Shown in pieces: positions 29,727 to 39,851 of a DNA stretch of 64,000 bases (the first letter of the stretch is position 1; each line of letters starts with the position of its first letter). The stretch lies in contig CAVVUN010000009.1 of the NCBI GenBank assembly GCA_963751455.1, positions 160,001-224,000 of the forward strand. Direction: 5' to 3'. The notes beneath the pieces are model-generated. The model was not told the DNA's origin and searched no databases. It saw nothing but the letters and a program-made list of their open reading frames with translations. Position numbers and translations under genes: made by a program. This stretch comes from Nitrospirota bacterium. Lineage in GTDB: Bacteria; Nitrospirota; UBA9217.

Positions 29727-30829
29727 GCGGATTCGTCAAGCTTGTTGTAACACTGTCTCTTGCGGCAGTGTTTGCGCAGGGCTGCACTCAGAAGGATGAT
29801 ACGGTCAATATCGGGGCAGCCGGGCCAATGACCGGAGACCAGAGCAAGATGGGTATCGACCTGAGAAACGCAACGGAGCTTGCCGTGACTGAATGGAACG
29901 AGAAAGGCGGGGTGATCGGTAAAAAGATCCTTATGCTTGCAGGGGACGATCAGGCGGACCCCAAACAGGCTGTTTCAATGGCGAATAAGTTTATAAATCA
30001 GAAAGCCGTTGCCGTTGTAGGGCACTGGAATTCGAGCTGTTCTATCCCGGCTTCAAAATATTATAATGATGCCGGTGTTGTAATGATCTCTCCGGCCACG
30101 ACGAACCCGCAGTTGACGCTCCAGGGATTTAAACAGGTTTTCAGAGTCTGCGGAACGGATGACCAGCAGGGCAAGGTTGCGGCCGAATTCGTCCTGAAAA
30201 CCGTCAAGCCCAAGCGAATAGCAGTGATCCATGATAAGACGGCATATGGCCAGGGACTTGCGGATTATTTCAAAAAGGCGCTGGGTGACAATGTACAGAT
30301 CTCGTATTATGGGGGCATCATCCAGAGGGATCCCGATTATCGGGCGGTATTGACGAGCATTAAACAGACAAAAGCCGAGCTCTTTTTCTTCGGCGGCATC
30401 TATCCCGAGGCCGGCAGACTCGTGAGACAGGCTAAGGAAGTCGGATTGAACATCCCTATGGTTACCGGCGACGGAGTGTATGACCCAACCTTCATCAACA
30501 TCGCAGGCAACGCCGCGGAAGGGACGTACGTGACCTTCGGGAAGGAGCCGGCTGGGCTGACGTCGGCCAGGACGTTTATGGAACACTACAAGGCGCGGTA
30601 CGGCGAGCCGGGTCCGTATTCTATTTACGCATATGATGCGGCAAACATTATTCTGACCGCAATTGCCCAAACGGGTTCGACCGATGGCGCCCGAGTTGCC
30701 GAATATATATCTAAAACGACATTTCACGGAGCCTTCGGAGACGTCTCCTTCGACAGGAACGGCGACGTAACAAAAGCGCCGTATGTTATTTGGCAGGTCA
30801 AAGGCGGGAAGTTTGTGGAGGTGCAGTAA
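29723..30829 (+). CDS. livK: Branched-chain amino acid ABC substrate-binding lipoprotein
   Basis: FAQGC lipobox; GPMTG, DDQADP, GHWNSS, HDKTAYGQGLA, YAYDA. Confidence 0.92.
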   Translation: MSGFVKLVVTLSLAAVFAQGCTQKDDTVNIGAAGPMTGDQSKMGIDLRNATELAVTEWNEKGGVIGKKILMLAGDDQADPKQAVSMANKFINQKAVAVVGHWNSSCSIPASKYYNDAGVVMISPATTNPQLTLQGFKQVFRVCGTDDQQGKVAAEFVLKTVKPKRIAVIHDKTAYGQGLADYFKKALGDNVQISYYGGIIQRDPDYRAVLTSIKQTKAELFFFGGIYPEAGRLVRQAKEVGLNIPMVTGDGVYDPTFINIAGNAAEGTYVTFGKEPAGLTSARTFMEHYKARYGEPGPYSIYAYDAANIILTAIAQTGSTDGARVAEYISKTTFHGAFGDVSFDRNGDVTKAPYVIWQVKGGKFVEVQ

Positions 30830-30836
30830 GGTTTAG

Positions 30837-30916
30837 CCGCAGATTACACCGATTCCACAGATTAAAATTAAATACAAAAACTCTAACTCTATATTTTCAA
30901 TCTGCGAAATCTGCGG
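30837..30916. repeat. Inverted 9-mer element (CGCAGATT type)
   Basis: ccgcagatt acaccgatt ccacagatt ... aatctgcga aatctgcgg. Confidence 0.65.
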
Positions 30917-30935
30917 ATAGAATCTGACTCCTAAA

Positions 30936-31838
30936 ATGTTTACCCAACAGCTCATAAACGGCCTGGCACTCGGAGCGGTGTACGCGCTGATCGCGCTGGG
31001 CTATACGATGGTTTACGGCATCCTTAAGCTGATCAACTTTGCGCACGGAGAGGTGTATATGCTGGGCGCATATCTCGGCATCATCGTCCTCGGCGTGCTG
31101 ACGGAACTCGGACTTACGGCGTACAGCCTTACGCTGGCCATTCTGCTCACGATGCTGATCTCCATGGTATTTTGCGCATTGTACGGCGCTGCCATAGAAC
31201 GTGTTGCTTATCGTCCCCTTAGAAATGCGGTCAAACTTGCGCCTCTGATCAGCGCCGTAGGCATGTCGATCATCCTTCAGAATTTCGTTATGCTTTCCCA
31301 GGGTAAGGAATACAAGAACCTTCCGCCTCTTCTCCCGTCGAAGGGACTGTCGCTGTTCGGCGCAAATGTTTCCCCTGTCCAGCTGTTCATCCTAGCGGGA
31401 TCGTTCCTGATCATGGTCCTTCTTCATCTTTATGTATCAAAAACGAGGATGGGGAAGGCGATGCGCGCGACATCCCAGGATCGTGTGATGGCCGGGCTCG
31501 TCGGCATCAATATCAACCAGGTTATATCGGTTACGTTCATGATAGGTTCGTCGCTTGCCGCAGTCGCGGGTATTATGGTTACGCTCTATTACGGCGTTGT
31601 CCATTTTTTCATGGGATACCTCGCAGGCATCAAGGCCTTTACCGCAGCGGTGCTCGGAGGCATCGGCAGCATCCCGGGCGCCATGCTCGGCGGCTTCATG
31701 CTCGGGCTGATTGAAAATTTCGGCGCGAGCTACATATCGAGCGTCTATAAAGACGCTTTTGCTTTCGTGGTTCTCATCATTACCCTGATCATTCGTCCAG
31801 CCGGCCTGCTCGGCGATAAGGCGATGGATAAGGTTTGA
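30936..31838 (+). CDS. livH: Branched-chain amino acid ABC permease
   Basis: YALIALGYTMVYGILKLINFAHGE; KAFTAAVLGGIGS. Confidence 0.95.
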   Translation: MFTQQLINGLALGAVYALIALGYTMVYGILKLINFAHGEVYMLGAYLGIIVLGVLTELGLTAYSLTLAILLTMLISMVFCALYGAAIERVAYRPLRNAVKLAPLISAVGMSIILQNFVMLSQGKEYKNLPPLLPSKGLSLFGANVSPVQLFILAGSFLIMVLLHLYVSKTRMGKAMRATSQDRVMAGLVGININQVISVTFMIGSSLAAVAGIMVTLYYGVVHFFMGYLAGIKAFTAAVLGGIGSIPGAMLGGFMLGLIENFGASYISSVYKDAFAFVVLIITLIIRPAGLLGDKAMDKV

Positions 31839-31842
31839 ATAA

Positions 31843-31971
31843 AAAATCCAAATTACAAATCTCAAATCACAAATAAGCTCTAAACTGCTAATTCCAATTT
31901 CCAAAACGTTTGGTGCTTCGTGCTTGCTGCTTGGACTTTATTTGTTATTTGATGCTTGAAATTCGGGATTT
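31843..31971. repeat. Inverted heptamer microrepeat element
   Basis: aaatcca aattaca aatctca aatcaca aat ... atttgtt atttgat gcttgaa attcggg attt. Confidence 0.65.
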
Positions 31972-31986
31972 AACGAAGGAGTCCTC

Positions 31987-33279
31987 ATGTCTGATATCAA
32001 GAAAATGTACAAGACCATCATGGCGGACGATTTTCCTTCGGAAATGACCATCCTTTTCGGCAGCCAGAAATTGGTGTATAGAAAAAAGTCGTGGAAACTC
32101 GCTGACGAGGGAACTGGAGAACTAATCGAAAAAGGCCTCCGCTACGGCGAGAACCCCGACCAGCAGGCTGCCATGTACCAGCTCGTGAACGGCAATCTCT
32201 CGCTTGCCGGCCTGCAATTCATACAGCCGGGAAACGGCCTCGTCAGCGCAATTACCGAAGAACAGATGGTCCAGGCGGGCAAGCATCCGGGTAAGACAAA
32301 TTTCACGGACCTGGACAATGCACTCAATATCCTCAAGTTCCTGGCTGACCGGCCTGCCGCAGCCATCATGAAACACAACAACCCTTGCGGCGTGGCATAC
32401 GGCAAAACGGTTGTTGAGGCTTACGAACGGGCCAATATGGCAGATCGTATCGCGGCCTTCGGCGGGTGTCTTGCAGTAAACCGTCCAATCGATAAGCTGA
32501 CTGCCGAGTTGGCGAATGCGAATTATCTCGAGGTTGTCGCGGCCCCGGATTACGAAGAGGGCACACTTGCAATCCTCTCAAAGAGGAAGAACCTCCGCAT
32601 TATCAAGATGAAAAAGATGAGCGAGCTTGCAAAGTATCGCGATATGACCGTCGTGGAATTCAAGTCGCTTATGGATGGCGGCATTATCGTCCAGCGATCG
32701 CAGAAAAACGCCATCCGGAAGAAAGAGGATTTCAAGGAAGCCAGGACTTCTTATAAAGGCAAGGAATACGGTATCGAGCGGAAACCCACGGAAAGGGAAT
32801 ACGACGACATGCTCTTCGGGTGGAACGTGGAGCAGGGCATTACGTCGAATTCTGTAATCTACGTGAAAGACGGAGTAACCGTGGGCATCGGCACGGGCGA
32901 GCAGGACCGTGTGGGCGTAGCGGAGATAGCAATTTTCAAGGCGTATACGAAATTTGCCGACGCCCTCTGCTTCAGAAAATACGGGGTCCCGTATAAGCAG
33001 TTTGAGCTCGAAGCAACCCACGGTAAACGCGACCCGGCAGCACTCAGGGAAGTCGATGAGGAAACCCGGAAGGAAAGGGGCGGACTGATCGGCTCGGTCA
33101 TGGTTTCGGATGCCTTCTTCCCGTTCAGGGACGGCGTGGACGTAGGAATCAAAGAAGGCATTTCAGCAATTGTTCAGCCGGGCGGCTCTGACCGCGACTT
33201 CGATTCTATTACTGCCTGCAATGAAGTAAATCCAAAAGTTACTATGGTTTTTACCGGGCAACGTGTTTTCAAACATTAA
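31987..33279 (+). CDS. purH: PurH-like AICAR transformylase-domain protein lacking the N-terminal MGS-like domain
   Basis: LRYGENPDQQAA, MKHNNPCG, AAFGG, SDAFFPFRDG, QPGGS, terminal FKH. Confidence 0.85.
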   Translation: MSDIKKMYKTIMADDFPSEMTILFGSQKLVYRKKSWKLADEGTGELIEKGLRYGENPDQQAAMYQLVNGNLSLAGLQFIQPGNGLVSAITEEQMVQAGKHPGKTNFTDLDNALNILKFLADRPAAAIMKHNNPCGVAYGKTVVEAYERANMADRIAAFGGCLAVNRPIDKLTAELANANYLEVVAAPDYEEGTLAILSKRKNLRIIKMKKMSELAKYRDMTVVEFKSLMDGGIIVQRSQKNAIRKKEDFKEARTSYKGKEYGIERKPTEREYDDMLFGWNVEQGITSNSVIYVKDGVTVGIGTGEQDRVGVAEIAIFKAYTKFADALCFRKYGVPYKQFELEATHGKRDPAALREVDEETRKERGGLIGSVMVSDAFFPFRDGVDVGIKEGISAIVQPGGSDRDFDSITACNEVNPKVTMVFTGQRVFKH

Positions 33280-33900
33280 TTATATACAAACCATGTTCTC
33301 GAAACAGTTCTATCAATCTCGCGTGATGCTGCTTTTCAAAGAAGGGTGAATTTCTGCCTTTGTCCGGTTCGATTATTATACTCAGGTCTAAATCAAAAAC
33401 CCTGAACCCTGCCATAGCCCTTGCAAATTAGACATGTTTTTCAGTACGGTCTTTTCTAAATAACAATAACGAGCAAATAATAACATATACATGCATTAAT
33501 GGGTATAAAAATACAGGTTTAAATAAAGTGACTTCCTAATTTGACAAATGACTTTTTCTTTGCTACTTTAGTTGTTCATTACTACCTCCCGCCATCAAAA
33601 TACCACTTCGCATAAGAATGGACGGGACACGCCTAAATAAGATTGGCCTGGAAGAAAAAAATGGTCAATATCCTTATCTAAAATACATTTCAGAACATTC
33701 ACCAGCAATTTTTTACTGCTGGTTATTAGATTCTTTCGATCCAGGACATCATTGACGGTCATGCATAGGGAAGGGTTAATGGAAGGGCAGAAGTTCCCCC
33801 CTTTTATTTCATGCTGTTTCACCATTAACGAGCTTTCACTGTGCGGTAATTAAGTTTCAGAATTCAAAAAACCGATGCTGTAAACAGGAGGTAATGCTCA

Positions 33901-34392
33901 ATGACGACAGCAGGGACCATGGAGACTACGCAGTACTTGACCTTTAATCTCGATGCTGAAACGTTTGCGATTGATATTTCCAAAGTTCGTGAGGTGCTCG
34001 ATTTCACTTCGATAACCAGGATTCCCAAGACCCCGGAATTCATGCACGGGGTCATCAACCTCAGAGGCAGAGTGGTGCCCGTGGTGGACCTTCGTCTTAA
34101 ATTCGGGCTTCCCAGGACAAAGATGACAGTCAACACATGTATCATCATCGTGGAGGTGGAAATCGATAATCAGCCGACAGTGCTGGGAGCGCTCGCGGAT
34201 TCCGTGCAGGAGGTGATGGATCTTGAGCAGAACAGCATTGAGCCGCGGCCCAGCATCGGGACGCTGGTGAACACCGGGTTCATCAAGGGCATGGGTAAAC
34301 GGGATAATCGCTTCGTTATCATTCTCGATATCGACAAAGTATTTTCGAGCCGGGAAATATCCGTTTTACAGGCGCGTGAAACAACAGAGTGA
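33901..34392 (+). CDS. cheW: Chemotaxis protein CheW
   Basis: QYLTF, GVINLRGRVVPVVDLR, LADSVQEV. Confidence 0.95.
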   Translation: MTTAGTMETTQYLTFNLDAETFAIDISKVREVLDFTSITRIPKTPEFMHGVINLRGRVVPVVDLRLKFGLPRTKMTVNTCIIIVEVEIDNQPTVLGALADSVQEVMDLEQNSIEPRPSIGTLVNTGFIKGMGKRDNRFVIILDIDKVFSSREISVLQARETTE

Positions 34393-34516
34393 CAGATATC
34401 TCGAAGCAAGAGAGGGCTTTTCAACAAGTGCGGCGCTATTCTTTTAGGCATTCTCAGCATGCAAAACCATCTGTGCTCGAAACATCACGATATCCATACC
34501 TTAAGGAGGAAATAGC

Positions 34517-34886
34517 ATGTCAGACTCATCGCGAAGAGATCTCTTGAAGGTAGGTGCCGGAGTGATGGCGGGTGTTGCTGCAGCGGGCGGATTATCTTTG
34601 GTAAATGCAAGGAAGGCCAATGCCGCGATAACGCATCCATTCGGGTATGCCCAGCTTGATGCTGAAGCAACGAGGCAGCTCGGATATAACTCGTATAAAG
34701 GAATTGATATTGACGGCGTCAAGCATCAGGGATGTCAGCGTACGGGTCGTATGGGTCCGCAGCAGCCAGTTGGCTGATAATTGCGTTGAAAGAAGCAAAT
34801 CCACAATACAATTCCGTAACCAACTGGTGCCATTCGGATATCACGAAAGTCAGTGCCGAACGGTCACCATAGAAACGGTAAATAGT
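34517..34886 (+). pseudogene. Remnant of Tat-exported split-Soret cytochrome c / C-GCAxxG-C-C protein
   Basis: RBS AAGGAGG; SRRDLLK Tat signal; PFGYAQLD...LGY...HQGC; out-of-frame SQLAD and NSVTNWC pieces imply internal deletions. Confidence 0.5.
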
Positions 34887-35034
34887 CTGATGTGTTAAAA
34901 CATTTAAAACCGTTGGCTGGATTATTACCCTTGCCAGCGGTTTTTTGCTTTTTTACCCCGAAACCGAAGCAATTGAAGCGTTGAATAAGGCGTTCAAAAG
35001 GGGTTACATAAACCGGGATAAGGAGAAAAAGATC

Positions 35035-35898
35035 ATGAAAGTCATCTGTTTGATACGAGGCATTGTGCTTGTTATGGGTTTCAGTGTGATCGGCGTAAAT
35101 CCCGCGAGCTCCGCGGAAAAAATCAATTATACGGGATGCGGCATCGTGAAGCTTGCCTTCATGGAACAACTGGCAGTTAAATTCAAGGAGCTGCACGGAA
35201 TAGAGGTGGATGTTCAGGGCGGCGGCGCGACACGCGGCATCAGGGACATCGCTTCACATCAGAAAAATCTGGGAGGAACGTGCCGTCATGCAGTGGATCA
35301 GCCTGAAGAAAAAGGGGTAACTCTCCATCACGTCGCATGGGACGCGCTGGTTGTAATCGTCAACAAATCTAATCCTGTGGATTCTATTACCGTGCAGCAG
35401 CTGAAAGCCGTACTGGAGGGCCGGGTAAAGGACTGGGGAGCTCTTGGAGGGCCGTCCAATACGCCGATTAAATACTTTGATCGCGAAGAAAAAGATTCGG
35501 GAGTGGGATTGATGGCGCGCGAAATCCTGTTTCATGATCCCAATAAGACCTTTGTCACTGCAGCGGTGTTCGAGGACAGCGGCCCCATGGAGAAGGCCAT
35601 CGAAAAGGACAAGTGGGCAGTGGGCATCACCGGGATATCAAGTGCGAGGAAAAGAGCTGTAAAAATACTTCGTCTGAATGGAATTGATACTTCGAAACAA
35701 AACATCGCATCCGGTAAATATCTTCTGTATCGTCCTCTCTATCTCGTGACCACCGAAGCGCCGGATGCAACGACGAAAAAGTTCATTGAGTTTGCAAAGA
35801 GCAAGGAGGGCCAGGAAATTATCAGCCAGCAAGGCACCGTAAACCTGAGGGAAGGCGCCAATCTCTGGAAATTATACCGTAAGCAGATTCAGGAATAA
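35035..35898 (+). CDS. PstS-like periplasmic binding protein
   Basis: Signal peptide; QGGGATRGI, VAWDALVVIVNKSNP, REEKDSG, GKYLLYRPLYLVT. Confidence 0.88.
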   Translation: MKVICLIRGIVLVMGFSVIGVNPASSAEKINYTGCGIVKLAFMEQLAVKFKELHGIEVDVQGGGATRGIRDIASHQKNLGGTCRHAVDQPEEKGVTLHHVAWDALVVIVNKSNPVDSITVQQLKAVLEGRVKDWGALGGPSNTPIKYFDREEKDSGVGLMAREILFHDPNKTFVTAAVFEDSGPMEKAIEKDKWAVGITGISSARKRAVKILRLNGIDTSKQNIASGKYLLYRPLYLVTTEAPDATTKKFIEFAKSKEGQEIISQQGTVNLREGANLWKLYRKQIQE

Positions 35899-36036
35899 TA
35901 GCGCATACTTAAAGCTAATTCTTATCCGAAAAAGCTCAAACTCGCAAACCCCGGACCTTTTAAAGCCGGACTTCCAGATCACAGAAGTGATTCATGAAGG
36001 GGAACATCAGTACGATATGCGGAGGGAGAGAAGGCG

Positions 36037-37710
36037 ATGAGAGTGACTATTGTAAATAAAACATATATAGGTATTGCCATATTGACCGTTGTTTTGATAG
36101 GGCTGGCTATTTTCGTTGAGGTGAACATCAGCAGTACCAAGGAAGGGCTTGGACATGTCAGCAAGCAAACCCAGTTTCAGTCCATGATCAACATGCGCAT
36201 ACTTGATCATTTCAAATGGGCAGACGCGCTTGCCATAGACTCGATCCTTTTCGGAAAGGAATTTACGGGCCAGCTCGATCACACAAAATGCGCTCTCGGC
36301 CAATGGTACTATAGCTATCAGCCCGATAAGGAGCTGGAAGTCATTTATGCGAGACTGGAAAAGCCGCATGCACGCCTCCATGCAACAGCTTCCCGGATTA
36401 CGAATGCCCTCAAAGAAGGAAGGGCGGATGTTGCCATGAATGTGTACGAGACGGAAACGGTGCCGGCATTGAAAGAGACGCATGATATCCTTACGGAATT
36501 GAGTGAGAAAGCGAAGACAATTTCTGAGAAAGCATTGAGCAATATGGATAACGCGCAGCGTGCAATGGAACGTATCTTTTTTGTCGTTTTTGCAGGGGTC
36601 GTCGCATTGCTTTTTGCGGGGACCAGCTTTTTTCTGGCAAGACCTCTCAAGAACAGTCTCACATCCATATCGAAATGGGTCGCCACGATAGCTGCCGGCG
36701 ATCTCAGAAATGACATTCATATAAAAACTGACGATGAAATCGGAGACATTGCAGCCAAACTTAATGGAATGATCGAAAACATCCGCGAAACTGTCACCGG
36801 CGTCAAGCTTGCAGCGGAAAACGTCAACTCAGGCAGCACGCAGCTTTCGTCCGGCGCGGAACAGATGTCGCAAGGCACCAGGCAGCAGGCGGCATTGGCC
36901 GAGGAAGCATCCTCATCGATAGAGGAAATGAACGCAACCATCAGGCAGAACGCGGACAATGCTCATGAGACTGAAAAGATCGCGCTTAAATCTGCCGCCG
37001 ACGCGACAGAAAGCGGTAATGCAGTGTCCAAGACGGTCGGCGCTATGAAAGAAATTGCGGCAAAGATCTCCATTATCGAAGAAATTGCCCGTCAAACTAA
37101 TCTTTTGGCATTGAACGCGGCGATAGAAGCGGCCAGGGCCGGCGAGCACGGCAAGGGCTTTGCGGTGGTCGCAGCAGAAGTCAGAAAGCTTGCAGAGAGA
37201 AGCCAGGCAGCGGCCGGCGAAATCAGCCAGCTTTCGGTCACGAGCGTGGAAGTTGCCGAGAAAGCCGGGCAAATGCTTGCCAAGCTTGTTCCTGACATAC
37301 AGAAGACGGCCGAATTGGTGCAGGAGATCAGTGCTGCATCGAAGGAACAGACCTCCGGATCCGCCCAGATCAACGCCGCGATACAGCAGCTGAACCACGT
37401 CATCCAGCAGAACGCGGGAGCAACAGAGGAGATATCGGCCACAGCAGAGGAGCTTTTAACCCAGGCCGAGCAGCTCCGGGGCGCGATCGCATTCTTTAAG
37501 GTGGAAGAGGGAACGAACGCGGTATTAGGCGCGGCTTCGCTGAAAAAGCGGGTTGGAGTCAATGCGGCAAATTATGGAAAGTTTGTCACTCAACAGAAAC
37601 CGGTAGAGGCCGCAGCAGCGACAACGCACAGAGGGGTTGATCTTCACATGAAGGATGGGCGTGTAAAAGGAAACGGCGACCATCGGGAAGCGGAGTTTGA
37701 AAGATTTTAG
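36037..37710 (+). CDS. Methyl-accepting chemotaxis protein with CZB domain, HAMP and MA domains
   Basis: TM1, DHFKW...[10 protein letters not shown]...PHARLH, TM2, [34 protein letters not shown]. Confidence 0.95.
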   Translation: MRVTIVNKTYIGIAILTVVLIGLAIFVEVNISSTKEGLGHVSKQTQFQSMINMRILDHFKWADALAIDSILFGKEFTGQLDHTKCALGQWYYSYQPDKELEVIYARLEKPHARLHATASRITNALKEGRADVAMNVYETETVPALKETHDILTELSEKAKTISEKALSNMDNAQRAMERIFFVVFAGVVALLFAGTSFFLARPLKNSLTSISKWVATIAAGDLRNDIHIKTDDEIGDIAAKLNGMIENIRETVTGVKLAAENVNSGSTQLSSGAEQMSQGTRQQAALAEEASSSIEEMNATIRQNADNAHETEKIALKSAADATESGNAVSKTVGAMKEIAAKISIIEEIARQTNLLALNAAIEAARAGEHGKGFAVVAAEVRKLAERSQAAAGEISQLSVTSVEVAEKAGQMLAKLVPDIQKTAELVQEISAASKEQTSGSAQINAAIQQLNHVIQQNAGATEEISATAEELLTQAEQLRGAIAFFKVEEGTNAVLGAASLKKRVGVNAANYGKFVTQQKPVEAAAATTHRGVDLHMKDGRVKGNGDHREAEFERF

Positions 37711-37852
37711 GCGGCACAATTGTCGAAGAGAGAGGGGGAAGCGTGTCGTACAACGATAAAATATTCGGTCGCTCATGACTTAGACCATAATTTATCGAAA
37801 AAGGCGATTCATAGTCAGATGAAGTTATTAAGCCGCGTTGGGAGAGTTTTGC

Positions 37853-38321
37853 ATGCCAACTGCTTTTTTGATGTTGAAAGCTCAGCTGCTGATATGCGCT
37901 GTTTTCATTACGGCCGCGATTTTGTCGGGGTGTCATACAAAAAACGAGCAGGATAAAATCAAAGAGGTCATTACTTCGGTACAGAAGTCGGCTGAGAACA
38001 AGGATATTAAAGAGATATTGTCCCATATCTCAAAAAGATATCGGTGATCCCCAAGGGAATGATGATGCGGCCATTAAAGATCTTCTGATTGTTTATTTTT
38101 TCAGACACACCAAAATATCCGTTTTTATAACCGATCTGAATATTGTTGTTTCCAATTCCTCGGCACGAGCAACGTTTCAAGCTGTATTGTCAGGAGGCAA
38201 TAAGCTTGAATCACCCCGCGATGTTCTGCCCGAAGCACTCTGTGCCTATCGTTTTGAGGTTGCATTCAACGGCGAGTCAGGAGTTTGGAAAGTGATTTCC
38301 GCGAAATGGGATCGCTTCTAA
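37853..38321 (+). pseudogene. NTF2-like lipoprotein with +1 frameshift near 38044
   Basis: ILSGC lipobox, HISKRYR, then DPQGND...WKVISAKWDRF in the next frame. Confidence 0.65.
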
Positions 38322-38446
38322 AACCAGCTTAAGATATCCTGGAAAACCCTCGTAACTCCCTTTCCAAAATTAAAGATCGCCTTTCCCTGGTCCTTCTCGA
38401 ACAAACCCTTGATATTGCGCGACTTTTGTGGGATAATTTGCATCTT

Positions 38447-39640
38447 ATGTATCTTCTCAGAGGCAAATTAAAACAGTATACGAACCTTTTGGCGATACCG
38501 CTGTGGGCCGGTCTGCTGCTTTTCCCTTTTACGGGCTTCAAGAGCGCCGTCAGTATATTAATAACAACAGTCGCTATAATCATTCTCTGGCAGGTTCAGG
38601 CATTTCAGCGTATGGTATTGTTCGTCAGGTCCGCTGAAAAAATGCTCCCCCGCGAGGTTTTCTCATTTTCGACTATCATTTCCTGGGTTCAGACATCAAA
38701 GGGGCTGACCATCCTGCTCGGGCTGCTCGTTGTCTTGCCCGTTTTCCTGAACAATTATTTTCGTGATGTTCTTACGCTCACAGGAATGTACATAGTACTT
38801 GCTCTCGGCCTGAATATCATTGTCGGGCAGGCGGGGCTTTTGAACCTCGGGTACGTGGCTTTTTACGCTGTGGGGGCATATACCTATGCTATTCTGTCCA
38901 CTTCAATAGGCCTGTCATTCTGGCCCGGTCTGGCAGCCGGCGGACTGATGGCCGCCGTTTTCGCCGCACTTCTCGGCTTGCCGACCCTCAAACTGCGCGG
39001 AGATTACTTCGCTATCGTTACCCTCGGTCTTGGTGAAATCACTCGTATTATTCTGAACAACTGGGACGCCGTTACGGGAGGCCCCAACGGAATTTCAAAA
39101 ATCGGCAGACCGGTCATTGCCGGATACTCGCTTCATTCAACGCTCGATTTTTACTATCTGGTTCTGTTTTTTGGCATTCTGACGGTATTCGCAATGAACC
39201 GACTGATCACGTCCCGGATCGGCAGGGCCTGGATCGCCATACGCGAGGACGAAGTTGCCGCCGAAGCCATGGGTCTCGACACCTTCAGGTTGAAGCTGCT
39301 CGCGTTTGTAATCGGGTCGGCAGTGGCTGGGGTCGCCGGCGTTTTCTTCGCTGCTAAAATGGCGTTTGTATCGCCCGAGAGTTTCACTTTTTTCGAATCG
39401 GTAATGATCCTCTGCATGGTGGTGCTCGGCGGCATGGGCAGCATTCCCGGCATAATTCTCGGCGCCCTGCTTCTGATAACTCTGCCCGAAATCTTCCGGG
39501 ATTTCCAGGACTACAGGATGCTGGCTTTCGGGATGGCGCTCGTCTTGATGATGATTTATCGGCCTCAGGGACTGCTGGGAAATATGAATATTGATAAACC
39601 CGAAAAAGGGATTTTAGCCGCGGGGAACGCTGAGAAGTAG
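38447..39640 (+). CDS. livM: Branched-chain amino acid ABC permease
   Basis: LGLNIIVGQAGLLNLGYVAFY, LRGDYFAIVTLG, AIREDEVAA. Confidence 0.93.
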   Translation: MYLLRGKLKQYTNLLAIPLWAGLLLFPFTGFKSAVSILITTVAIIILWQVQAFQRMVLFVRSAEKMLPREVFSFSTIISWVQTSKGLTILLGLLVVLPVFLNNYFRDVLTLTGMYIVLALGLNIIVGQAGLLNLGYVAFYAVGAYTYAILSTSIGLSFWPGLAAGGLMAAVFAALLGLPTLKLRGDYFAIVTLGLGEITRIILNNWDAVTGGPNGISKIGRPVIAGYSLHSTLDFYYLVLFFGILTVFAMNRLITSRIGRAWIAIREDEVAAEAMGLDTFRLKLLAFVIGSAVAGVAGVFFAAKMAFVSPESFTFFESVMILCMVVLGGMGSIPGIILGALLLITLPEIFRDFQDYRMLAFGMALVLMMIYRPQGLLGNMNIDKPEKGILAAGNAEK

Positions 39641-39668
39641 CGACTTGATATAAAGGCAGGAGCTTTTT

Positions 39669-39821
39669 CCGCAGATTACACAGATTTCGCGGATTAATCT
39701 GCTCGTACAGGGGGTTAATCGTAAGTCGGAAAATTATCAACTCAAGATTCACGATTAGGGCATTCGGAGACGATAAGTCGCAAGCCGAAATCATAATCTG
39801 CGCAATCTGCGAAATCTGCGG
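39669..39821. repeat. Inverted 9-mer element (CGCAGATT type)
   Basis: ccgcagatt acacagatt tcgcggatt ... aatctgcgc aatctgcga aatctgcgg. Confidence 0.7.
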
Positions 39822-39851
39822 ATAAAAGTTTTCATCCTGTAAGGTTAAATC

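Noticed and set aside
33280-33900. Riboswitch in the long AT-rich cheW leader
   Set aside because: Only a promoter-like TTGACA (33541) and short hairpins were seen; no recognisable aptamer consensus
35035-35898. Canonical pstSCAB phosphate uptake operon
   Set aside because: No pstC/A/B or phoU adjacent; sequence diverges from the typical GSTT motif
38045-38047. TGA readthrough in the lipoprotein
   Set aside because: The continuation is in another frame, so this is a frameshift, not readthrough
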